Below are positions 1-9,600 of a stretch of 64,000 bases of DNA, piece by piece. The stretch lies in the sequence record PX880101.1. One strand, 5' to 3'. The notes below the pieces were generated by a model. The model searched no databases. It was given only the letters and a program-made list of their open reading frames with translations, and was not told the origin of the DNA. The DNA is from a phage. The first letter of the stretch is position 1. Each line of letters starts with the position of its first letter. The translations under genes and the position numbers were made by a program.

Positions 1-3
1 AAG

Positions 4-1503
4 ATGATTATGACTGTAGACCTTGTTGATGGCACAATCATCTATGTTCCTTTAGCTCAATATGCTGTCAGCATCTCAGAGGACAAGAATGTTGCAGAAA
101 TTCATATTGATTTTGAGGACTGCGTCGGGATGGACCAGAACAACAACATGATGGGTGTTGATCCTCGGCAGGTGAGAAGGATTTTAATACCGCTCATGCC
201 TAAAGACTGGGTAAGTAATAGCACAGACCCGAGAACGGAAAATGTAGAGTGTGAGTTGCGCCTAGATCTGCTCCAGCCAGACACAGGCTGGAAAATGATG
301 CAACTTAACAATATTCAGGTGAAAGAGCACGACGTTGGGATCTGCACAGCATATGACGATATGTGGAACGTATCCCCTTTAAGGGTGTTGAACAATATCA
401 AACGTCTGGGCTATACCGGAACCATAAACCATTATGTTGGTATGAGCCATTATTATGACTACACATGGTCAGGAACCCAATGGTCTATAAACAGAACAGG
501 GGCGCTAAACGCTGCAGCTTATAAATGGCATGATGATTTTATGTACAATGCCAAACGACATAACTTCGACGTTATGCAGTCTGTAAGTTTTGAGCTTTAC
601 AGCGATGCCTGTCCGTTGGAATGGACCCAAAGAGACTGGAACGATAACTACGCTAAAACAGGGTATACACCTTGTAGCTACCTCCTGTCTCCAACCATTG
701 AAGAGGGTATGAATTTCCTTACTGCAGTATTTAAGAATTTTGCATCAGCCGCTATGAGAAACAACCTGCCAGTGATTATGCAGGTTGGTGAACCGTGGTG
801 GTGGTACAATACCGATACTCGTAGACCTTGTATTTATGATTACCCTACAAAACAGGCGTTTTATGATGAGACAGGCGAGTATGCATTAGATATTGGGACT
901 ATTGACGATCCTAAAACTGGCGGTGTTTACGACAAGTATGTAGCATTTTGTCGTGGTAAGCTTGGCGCTCGTATTGCGGCTATTTCAAAGGCGATAAAAG
1001 CACACGCTGCATCAGCTCAGATGACAGCTTTGCTGTTTTTCCCAACCATTATGGAAACCGAGCTTACGCAAAAGCTGAACCTTGCTGACCAATATAAAAA
1101 GGAAGCAGGTGCTCTTGATTTCTTCTGCACTGAGTGTTACGATTGGGTGATGCAGGGAGGTATTGAAAAGGCAAAAGAGTCTGTAAACATACCTATCGTT
1201 AAGTTAGGTTGGCAACCGTCTGAAATACAATACCTTGCAGGGTTCGTTCCTAGTAAAGAGCTTGCTCCGGTATATGGCTACGACCCAACTAGGAATTACC
1301 AAGAATTTTTATGGAGATGTATTTGCGGAAACATGGCAACTATAGAATATAGATACCCTGAGGTAAAACAGTATGTGTGGGCATACCCGCAAGTAATGTC
1401 TGACAGCATCACTGTTACCGCTAGAGATTCTACCGTGCTTCATATGGGGCAGGTTGCTCTGAAAGGGTATGTAGAAGATGTTGTCCCGCCAAACTTCTCA
1501 TAA
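4..1503 (+). CDS. virion structural protein, tail/baseplate-associated (possibly 5'-truncated at window edge)
   Basis: 499-aa ORF; frame is open to the window start; sits directly upstream of the tail-fibre cluster; no catalytic motif recognised. Confidence 0.45.
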   Translation: MIMTVDLVDGTIIYVPLAQYAVSISEDKNVAEIHIDFEDCVGMDQNNNMMGVDPRQVRRILIPLMPKDWVSNSTDPRTENVECELRLDLLQPDTGWKMMQLNNIQVKEHDVGICTAYDDMWNVSPLRVLNNIKRLGYTGTINHYVGMSHYYDYTWSGTQWSINRTGALNAAAYKWHDDFMYNAKRHNFDVMQSVSFELYSDACPLEWTQRDWNDNYAKTGYTPCSYLLSPTIEEGMNFLTAVFKNFASAAMRNNLPVIMQVGEPWWWYNTDTRRPCIYDYPTKQAFYDETGEYALDIGTIDDPKTGGVYDKYVAFCRGKLGARIAAISKAIKAHAASAQMTALLFFPTIMETELTQKLNLADQYKKEAGALDFFCTECYDWVMQGGIEKAKESVNIPIVKLGWQPSEIQYLAGFVPSKELAPVYGYDPTRNYQEFLWRCICGNMATIEYRYPEVKQYVWAYPQVMSDSITVTARDSTVLHMGQVALKGYVEDVVPPNFS

Positions 1504-1515
1504 TCAGGAGATAAA

Positions 1516-2556
1516 ATGTCAAAACCTAGTTTTCCATTAGAGATTTGGGCAGAGGAGGATCAGGTTCTGCCTAACACCCACAGACAGAACAGGCTACGCC
1601 CGATTGATGATTTGTGGAGAAAAGGTTGGGATCTTGGTCAAAAGCCCTCATGTGAAGAACTTAACTATATTTTCAATATGCTCGGAACTTGGGCAAAATA
1701 CATTGCTGACGAGCAGATCCCCGCTCAAGAAGGCCGTTATCTGGTACGTGATAATAACTTGAGTGATCTTTTGAACATCCCTGTTGCCCGTAGAAACCTT
1801 GGGATTATTACTAAGGAAGAGGCAGACGCCAGGTATGTAAAAGTTACAGGTGATACAATGACAGGCCCCTTGGGGTTGCAACGTATCAACTTTAAAGCTG
1901 CCGAGACAGATAAGGCTTGGATAGAGACAACTATTGGCCCAGATAAGACAACCCTCGACTTTGGGTTAAGTGATAATACCGGGTCGTTTGATGATGGTGG
2001 TACATCTACAGTAGATGCGTTTCGTTGGAGATTCCAGCCAACTCAGCCGGATATTAATCCAGAGTTCACTTTGATGTACCTTAACGCGATCACGGCTAAT
2101 CGTGCGCTGTTGAAAGTGGTAGGCAATGTTGAAGTTGTCGATAACATGAGGTGCAATAACCTTACTATCAGCAATACAGCAACATTCACCAACTGTAATG
2201 TGGCTAGTCAGTTGACGGCTGGGTCAGTATATGTTAATGGTGGTGCAAGTTGTGACAGTATAGTTGTAAGAAGCCAGCACTGTGTTGTCGGTAACAGAAA
2301 TGTGGTGCGCTCTGTGAACGGGGTGACGGCTAACGGTAACGGTGATGTAACGATCACTATCCCGCAGACAGGTGTGCAAGACATCAGAATCGGTGCAAGA
2401 CTTGTGGACGGAGTTTCTGAATCTCCAATCCGCAACGGCTACGTTGTCACAGGCTGGCATTTCGGTGACAAAAAAGAGATGCGTGGTTCAACCTACTGGG
2501 CAGGACCTTTACAAAAACTTGTAAATGGTCAATGGATCACTGTTAATTATGCATAG
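1516..2556 (+). CDS. tail fibre protein (paralog A)
   Basis: RBS aggaga; ARRNLG and GDTMTGPL motifs typical of phage tail fibres; N- and C-termini (…FVNGQWITVNYA) shared with the 3569-4615 product. Confidence 0.6.
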   Translation: MSKPSFPLEIWAEEDQVLPNTHRQNRLRPIDDLWRKGWDLGQKPSCEELNYIFNMLGTWAKYIADEQIPAQEGRYLVRDNNLSDLLNIPVARRNLGIITKEEADARYVKVTGDTMTGPLGLQRINFKAAETDKAWIETTIGPDKTTLDFGLSDNTGSFDDGGTSTVDAFRWRFQPTQPDINPEFTLMYLNAITANRALLKVVGNVEVVDNMRCNNLTISNTATFTNCNVASQLTAGSVYVNGGASCDSIVVRSQHCVVGNRNVVRSVNGVTANGNGDVTITIPQTGVQDIRIGARLVDGVSESPIRNGYVVTGWHFGDKKEMRGSTYWAGPLQKLVNGQWITVNYA

Positions 2557-2570
2557 ATCGGAGGACTAGC

Positions 2571-3155
2571 ATGAAAATACTTCAAGAGTTTAAACTTTAC
2601 CAACCGGGATCTGGCGAATACCACGCCAACAAGGAAACCAAGGAGCTGACCCCTCAAGAGGTTGAGGACTACACCGCATACACTGGGTATTTTTTACGTA
2701 ATGATGATGGCGATTGGTATGTGCAGTCACGAACATTACGACAAGAAAATCCGGGTTGTATCTTCCTACTTGTTGACGAGAAGGGAATTCTTAAGACATC
2801 TACAGAAGAACCTGATGCCTTATGGCCTGCTCCAGGTCTTCGTGTGGTTATCGCCAAAAAAGAAGAGGTACCAGAAAACATTATGCTTCACCACGACGCT
2901 TTGCGTTTAGTTGGTGATGAATTTGTCACAGACAATGAATTCTTTGTTCAACAGGCAGAGGGTGTCATAGAGACAGAACTTGCTTGGGCTACTGCTAGAA
3001 TTGGTGCCTATCAAGACATGATTGACCTTGAATATGATCTTACTGATGACCAGAAACGCAACATCAGAGATTTGAAAATGTACAGGGTAAAACTTCTTGA
3101 AATAGATACATCTAAAGCCCCTGACATTTTCTTCCCGGAGCGACCTACCCTCTAA
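2571..3155 (+). CDS. putative tail fibre assembly/chaperone protein
   Basis: 194-aa ORF directly after a fibre gene, strong RBS; size and position fit Tfa-like chaperones; assignment is positional. Confidence 0.35.
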   Translation: MKILQEFKLYQPGSGEYHANKETKELTPQEVEDYTAYTGYFLRNDDGDWYVQSRTLRQENPGCIFLLVDEKGILKTSTEEPDALWPAPGLRVVIAKKEEVPENIMLHHDALRLVGDEFVTDNEFFVQQAEGVIETELAWATARIGAYQDMIDLEYDLTDDQKRNIRDLKMYRVKLLEIDTSKAPDIFFPERPTL

Positions 3156-3166
3156 GAGGAGGTGTT

Positions 3167-3481
3167 GTGGAGTTGGATTTGGCGGCATTGTACGGTATCT
3201 GCATGGGTACCGTTGTCCCGATCTGTGTATGGGCTTTCAACCAGTGGCACACCAAATGGAAAGGCATTTCCAAGAGGTTAGATGAGCTGGAGAAAGACCT
3301 CATTTTAGTGAAAAATAGCATGGTTACAAAAGATAGACTTGATTCCATTATCGAGACCCGGTTAAGTAAGCTAGAGGCCGATATTAACGACCTTAAGCAA
3401 GATGTCAGGACAGATGTCTCCGGTATCAGAGCTGATGTGCAAAAGATTTTACACATGCTTGTAGAGCATAGTAAAAGGTAA
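3167..3481 (+). CDS. membrane-anchored coiled-coil protein
   Basis: GTG start after RBS aagaggagg; hydrophobic N-terminus (ICMGTVVPICVWAF) followed by heptad-like charged region. Confidence 0.45.
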   Translation: MELDLAALYGICMGTVVPICVWAFNQWHTKWKGISKRLDELEKDLILVKNSMVTKDRLDSIIETRLSKLEADINDLKQDVRTDVSGIRADVQKILHMLVEHSKR

Positions 3482-3568
3482 ACAAAGGTCAGAACGGCAA
3501 GGATGCCGTTCTTGCATTTTGTTCTCTAAAGTGTTAAAATAGTCCTTAAGGAATTTTCTCAGGAGAAC

Positions 3569-4615
3569 GTGATGACTAAACCAGTTATCCCTCTTGATAT
3601 TTGGGCCAATCAGGATGTTGTGCTTGAAAATACAGGAGAGTTGAACAAATCTCAACCGAGCAAAGAAGAGAGATTGAAAGGTTGGGATATGACACAAAGG
3701 ATAGCATGTGAAGTTGTTAACTTTGAACTCCATATGCTCTCTGCGTGGCTAAAGCATTTAACAGAAGATGTTGTCCCTGGATGGGATAATAGATTCTTAA
3801 GGGTCACTAATAATCTGGCAGACGTTCCAGACAAAGCTGCTGCACGTAAAGTTCTCAATGTATACTCGCCTGAAGAAATGGATGACCTTTATGTTGACAA
3901 GACTGGAGACACAATGATCCAGACTCAAACTTTAGGTCTTCAAAGAATTGAGTTTGCATCTGCGTCAACAGACAATGCGGCGATATACACCACCATAACT
4001 CCAGACAAGACGATGATGGATTTCTGGATTATGGACAACATCGGTGGCGCTGACGGCACAGACCTTGATGATCCTTCTCACCAAATAGATGGTTTCCGTT
4101 GGAGATTTCAACCTTCTGGTGGGCAGCCTGTGTTTTCGGCTATGAAGCTCAATGCTATAACTGCCAACCGTGCAAGACTGGCTATCCAAGGAAATCTTGA
4201 ATGCAATGATGCAAAAAGCTCCTCTGCAAATGCCAATGCGGTAACGATACCAAGAGCCACTGTTAATGGACAACAATCCTGCGGCAGCGCTCAAATAGGT
4301 GGAAGAGTAGATTGTAACGATAAAACCGCCAGGGGTCAATATGCAACAGTTGGTGGGAGAAACGTGGTCCGCAGGGTAAATGGTAGTAGCGCAGATAGCA
4401 GTGGTAACCTTACTATCCCTATGCCTAGTAGAGGTGTTGAAGATGTAAGGATAGCAAACCGCTTCAGAACCACCTACAGAGAATCAAGAGTATACCCTGG
4501 GCATGTAATGTGCTCCGGCAATTACGCCTATAAACACCCGTATCAAGGCGACTATTGGACTGGTGCCATTCAAAAATTTGTAAACGGTCAATGGATCACG
4601 ATATCTTATGCTTAA
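3569..4615 (+). CDS. tail fibre protein (paralog B)
   Basis: RBS aggaga; shares N-terminal PLxIWAxxD, AARKVLNV, GDTM, FRWRFQP, LNAITANRA and C-terminal FVNGQWITISYA with the 1516-2556 product. Confidence 0.6.
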   Translation: MMTKPVIPLDIWANQDVVLENTGELNKSQPSKEERLKGWDMTQRIACEVVNFELHMLSAWLKHLTEDVVPGWDNRFLRVTNNLADVPDKAAARKVLNVYSPEEMDDLYVDKTGDTMIQTQTLGLQRIEFASASTDNAAIYTTITPDKTMMDFWIMDNIGGADGTDLDDPSHQIDGFRWRFQPSGGQPVFSAMKLNAITANRARLAIQGNLECNDAKSSSANANAVTIPRATVNGQQSCGSAQIGGRVDCNDKTARGQYATVGGRNVVRRVNGSSADSSGNLTIPMPSRGVEDVRIANRFRTTYRESRVYPGHVMCSGNYAYKHPYQGDYWTGAIQKFVNGQWITISYA

Positions 4616-4624
4616 AGAGGGTAA

Positions 4625-4891
4625 ATGAAATTAACTCAGTTTTTATGGGGGTTGGTTGCGGCATCTGATGACCCTACGAAAGTGTCCCAATCTAAGCTAT
4701 GGTCAAACATAGGCATGGCAGTGATGACTGGGGTGTTTATTCATATGGGGTATAATGATACGCTTCCTGAATGGTATGCGTGGATATACGCACCTTCGGT
4801 AGCTTGCCCCCAGCTTATTAGCAAATTCATCTCGCTCCGGTGGGGTTGCCAGCACCCTGACCACGTTAAAAACGAAGAGCAAAAAGCTTAA
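4625..4891 (+). CDS. small protein with one hydrophobic segment, tail-fibre module
   Basis: 88-aa ORF, RBS agaggg; hydrophobic stretch NIGMAVMTGVFIHMGY. Confidence 0.4.
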   Translation: MKLTQFLWGLVAASDDPTKVSQSKLWSNIGMAVMTGVFIHMGYNDTLPEWYAWIYAPSVACPQLISKFISLRWGCQHPDHVKNEEQKA

Positions 4892-4900
4892 GGAGAAATC

Positions 4901-6646
4901 ATGGCGCAAGACATGACAAGCTTCGAGCAGGCGGTAGATCAAGTAATTGTTGATTCTGAACGTTTGCACTTGATTGTCAACGGTAACGCTGTGGATGAAG
5001 TTGTCGTAGAGGATGGGACCACTATCCCTACGGTACGAAAAGCCATGCTTGACACCCTTTATTTTAAAACGCCACCAATCCCTTGGGCGTATGGTGCATC
5101 CACAACAGTTTTTAACCAGTTGTATGAGTTTAAAGGGGATACAGGCACTCAGTGGTGGTACGCCCCAGCAGCATCAAAATCTAACCCGGTTAGGATGCCA
5201 GCAGATCCTTCACAATCTCCGAACTGGAGATTATATACCGATTCTGCAGTAATGGCAAAATACTACGCAAAACTTAACAGTCCAAGGTTCGAAGGTGACC
5301 CGAGAGTACCTACACCTCCAATGGACGATAAGTCCGAATCTATAGCAAACACAGAGTTTGTTGTTGACTATGTGGATAGCATATTTAAAGCCATGGAGGG
5401 GATGAAAGTTACTGTAGGATCTTTGGTGGTAAAAGGTCTTACAGAACTTGCCAACACCATAGTTGGGGGCACCCTTACCTTACACGGACCTGTTAATGGA
5501 GCAGATTCTACTGCACGCTTCAGGAACCTAATCCTTACGGCAAATACTTCTACACTAACTTTTGCGTGGAGCGATCCTAAGCATGCAGACTGGAGAAGCA
5601 CAGAGCTGCAACCTCATGAAGTATCAACTCACAGAGTTATAGCTGACACTATAACTTCTGGGAAACCAGTGGCTAATAACAACGATGTGCATTTTGATGG
5701 TCTAGGTAATAACTTTTTTGACTACGTGTACATTCGTGGTAATGCCATGAAGGCAGCCACCGAACCGACATTGCAGGTTGATGGGACCACCAGGGTTAAG
5801 AACCTTGAGGTGACAGGCACCGTTACAGGGATAACCTACTCTGTAGATGGCACCATGATCTACCCTAGCTATATTGAAAGCACGGGAGATGCACTGATCA
5901 ATGGAGATTTAGAGGTTGGTGGATCTATAGTCATTCGTGGCACAGCATCTGTCCAGAACATATCTTTAAATACTCTGAGGGTGAATGAGCGTGCCACTTT
6001 TGAAGGAGAGGGGCTTACAGCCAACAAAGGTGTAATTACCGAGCTGACAACCACCACTCTAACTGCAACAACTGCAAACTCTGAAAACTGCAACGTTACC
6101 AGAAACTTGCAGGTAAATGGAGATGTTAGTTTAAACGCAGCAGGGACGGGCACCACCTACCTTCACAACCTTGAAATATCAGGTACAGTGACTGGGTGGC
6201 TGCCAGACTTCTCTAATGTCAACTTTGTCTGTAATGGCATTAACTCCAGTGGCAAGATAACCACCTCTCAAGAAATTGAAGCTGGTAAAACTATTACTGC
6301 CCCTGCTTTCCATGCAGGGAAGGTGGAGTTTGACTTAGAGGAGGCTGACGCATCTAGTGGGACATGGACACCTAACGGGCAGGCCAATATGTATGTTGTC
6401 CACGCGAAAGGGGATTTTACAATAGGGCAATGGCCTGGAACATCGGCTGAAGATAAACCTTACCCGTTCACTGCAATCATCTATGTCATTCAAGATGCTG
6501 TAGGCCACAACGTGACTTTACACGATAAATATGCCATACTGTCGGCTACTCCTGTTATTAACAACAAAGCCAACAGTGTCACCTTGCTACAATTGACATA
6601 TTGTGGTGTTGGTGATATTGTGGATGTGGTTATTGCACAACGTTAA
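4901..6646 (+). CDS. tail fibre protein
   Basis: RBS aaggag; N-terminal SPRFEGDPRVPTPP…SESIANTEFV resembles the conserved tail-fibre N-terminal attachment motif (PTAPT…TQIATTAFV); repetitive Thr/Gly/Asn-rich shaft. Confidence 0.6.
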   Translation: MAQDMTSFEQAVDQVIVDSERLHLIVNGNAVDEVVVEDGTTIPTVRKAMLDTLYFKTPPIPWAYGASTTVFNQLYEFKGDTGTQWWYAPAASKSNPVRMPADPSQSPNWRLYTDSAVMAKYYAKLNSPRFEGDPRVPTPPMDDKSESIANTEFVVDYVDSIFKAMEGMKVTVGSLVVKGLTELANTIVGGTLTLHGPVNGADSTARFRNLILTANTSTLTFAWSDPKHADWRSTELQPHEVSTHRVIADTITSGKPVANNNDVHFDGLGNNFFDYVYIRGNAMKAATEPTLQVDGTTRVKNLEVTGTVTGITYSVDGTMIYPSYIESTGDALINGDLEVGGSIVIRGTASVQNISLNTLRVNERATFEGEGLTANKGVITELTTTTLTATTANSENCNVTRNLQVNGDVSLNAAGTGTTYLHNLEISGTVTGWLPDFSNVNFVCNGINSSGKITTSQEIEAGKTITAPAFHAGKVEFDLEEADASSGTWTPNGQANMYVVHAKGDFTIGQWPGTSAEDKPYPFTAIIYVIQDAVGHNVTLHDKYAILSATPVINNKANSVTLLQLTYCGVGDIVDVVIAQR

Positions 6647-6655
6647 TATATCTGA

Positions 6656-6680
6656 CCGCTCCTGACGGGGCGGTTTTCTT
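6656..6680 (+). terminator. intrinsic terminator-like hairpin between fibre gene and giant gene
   Basis: ccgctcc-tgac-ggggcgg stem-loop followed by ttttctt. Confidence 0.45.
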
Positions 6681-6694
6681 ATCTGGAGAACACA

Positions 6695-9600
6695 ATGCTT
6701 CCAATCCCTTTGCTAAAACTTGGTCGTCATTTCCTCGATAAGAGGGGTGGAGTTAAGGAACTTGCTGTTCTGTCATACCCAATAGACAACAGTGACGGTA
6801 CAAGCACTACAGTAGCTTATGTAAATAGCTTAGCTATACTTTTTGACGACGGTCAGCTTAATATTACTGGCTATAACAAGTTCGGGGAGTGTCGCACTGG
6901 GGATCGTAACCCTATAAACTACCCGAGCGAGACGGCCTGGAATGTTGATCATGTGTGGAGAGCAGACCGTGCGTTTGTGATCCGGACTTTTGATAACCAG
7001 TTTTTCTACATCGGCTGCACTGCAGGTCTTATCGGATCCACTGCGGCAGGTGGTAACGATGTTTGCGTAAACGAGTGGACACCTCTTCCGGAACAGATTG
7101 TTAAAGGGTTACACCTTGACACGCACCCAGAGCGCCTTGTTGAGGTGATGGGGGGTATTAACAACACTGTTTGGGTTATTGCAGAGGCAGAAGGCACTGG
7201 CATACTGAACCTGTATGGATCTGGTAACAACACCTACGGATCTTTGCATGTAGATAAAAACCAGCATGCAACTCCTGTAAAGATTGGTGAAACATCGGAA
7301 AATCCTGAAACAGGTCCTTGGAAAAACCCAAGCATTAACTGTGAGGTGCATGATAACTCTGTTATTTTCGGTGGTCCTAGAGGTTTCTGGATTGCTGGGT
7401 ACGACTTTCTGAGAAACAATAGTAGAAACACTCTCGTTTGGCCTCCTGCTCAGATTACCCGTGACGATTTGAGAGGAATTCCTGCAGATGAGGAGTGGAA
7501 AGGGTTCATGTGCGGTCCGAATGGGGCAGTGGTTGCAACACAAAGAATGCACAGACCTGATGACCAACAACTTGTTAACGTATTTTATGGTCAAAACGTT
7601 TGGGGAGATGATACCTGGCGTGCTTTGAATATAACCTACACCCATGAGGTGATAATGGCTCGTGGGTACGGCACAAGTGGCATTTTCTTCAACAATGGTA
7701 CTAAGCAGTATCGTGGCTTCTCTCGAAACCTGTGCAACGATATTGGCGCACAATCTGCAAACAATAACCCCCGTGCCGATTTTGTTCATTACCAGGCCCT
7801 TGCTACGGCTAAATATGTTGAGCAACGTTTGCCAGTTAGCTGGACAGAGAGTGTTTATTTCCAAGGCATCCATAGAGAAGGTTTTTTAGGGACCTTTACT
7901 GTTGTTAATGGTAAACTTTGGTGGTCAGGTATCCCAAGGGGAAGTTTTGCAGGCTCTAATAACCTGTTTGGCGGCAGACTTAATAGTCAAGGGTTCACAG
8001 AGGTTCCTGAGAATTGGTATAAAAATGTCCCAGTAGATAGTTGGGGTGTTGATGATATTTTTGACGTTAACGGTGTTAGCAGCGTTAGCAATATTTACAT
8101 TGGTGACACGGTCAAGATGAAATTGAAGCCTCAGCCAGAGGGGGCTACGTTCATTATTGACAAGATTGAGCTGGTAAATGCTGCGGGTACGGTTGTTACA
8201 GATGCAAATTACCAATTCTCCACCAACTGGAACCACGGCGGGGCCAACGAAGTTGTTGTTACTCAGTATAACAGGAATGTTAACAGACGTGGCCTGTACT
8301 CTGTAAAAATAACCTATCATGACAAGCATGGCACAGGAAGAACTCACACGACAAGGACTTTGAACTGGAACACCATAGTTCCTGCGTATCCTTCTGACGG
8401 TAAGTGGCATACCGTTGGTAGAAACAAGCAGTTCCATGTTAACGATACTGTATACTTCGGGCTGAATGGGACTCAGCCTGCGGTAGAAGGAGATACATCG
8501 TATATGGTCCGACTCCACAGAATGGATGCTGGATCAGTCACCTATGATGTTACCCAAGAGATTTATGATCAGAGACGAAATACCTACAACAACTTAGTGC
8601 AGACACAGGCCGTATGGGAGTTCAACCCTAACGGCAGAGGCGGTAAAATGTTGCAGGTTAACGAGCAAAACGGAACGTCGTTGACTGTCCACGAACACCC
8701 AGACCCTTGGCCTGATCCTGGAAAACCTCACCCAGGTGCTCGTACACTGAAAATTGTCAGCCATGATGCAGGATATTTCGGAATACGCTGGGAAGCCACA
8801 GTAAGATATGCCGACGGGACAACAAACAACATAGGGATTACACTTGGAGGCACTAGTGAAGATAGCTCTCTGAAAATTGCCTACACTCCTAGAGGTATTT
8901 CTATTGATAATATGGATGTTGTTCGCAACGGTTACGGGGATGTGAACATCAAAGTTACTCTTGGTGAACATCTTGGCGGGGAAAGGATCATCATGTACGC
9001 CTTTGATCACGACCCACGCACTGACGGAACCTATGCAGACCAAGCGTGGAGCTACCTGATAAGCGCACCTGAGCCAAATACCAAAGAATTCTACTACGGT
9101 ATGAAACGGGATGTGTGCAAGAAAACAGGGACACATGACTGGATTGCAATCTGCGTTAAAGATGAACGTACCGCTTGGGACGAGCCTGTTAACAGATGGT
9201 TCATAGGAATTCCCACTCGAAGTGATAAATACGTTGAAGAATATATTGTATGCATGGGCGGCACCAACCTCAACATGTGTTGGAACGAGGATGCAAACAA
9301 ATACTCTGATTACGATTATATGAGGGATTACTCTTGCAATCAATGGTTTAACCAAACCGGGTATGCTAATCGACAGTCAAGAGTAAACCCTGCAATCTTT
9401 ACAGATACGCAGGTTTTCTTGACAAAACAGGCCAACGAGGTTCAGACCTTCAAGAACAAATACGACCCTAACAAGTGGTTTTATAACTGTTATGGCGCAT
9501 TTTTCTGGGGGCCAGGGGAACTGCCTAACGGGGGATCTTGCTTCGAGGCTGCAACTTACGCCAGTGATTACATCATGGGGCAGGTTAAGAAGTATAAGAT

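Noticed and set aside
7109-9355. Long minus-strand ORFs (7109-7873, 7925-8518, 8594-9355) inside the giant gene
   Set aside because: Fully antisense to the 1877-aa ORF, no RBS, and Cys/Ser/Arg-rich translations typical of shadow ORFs.
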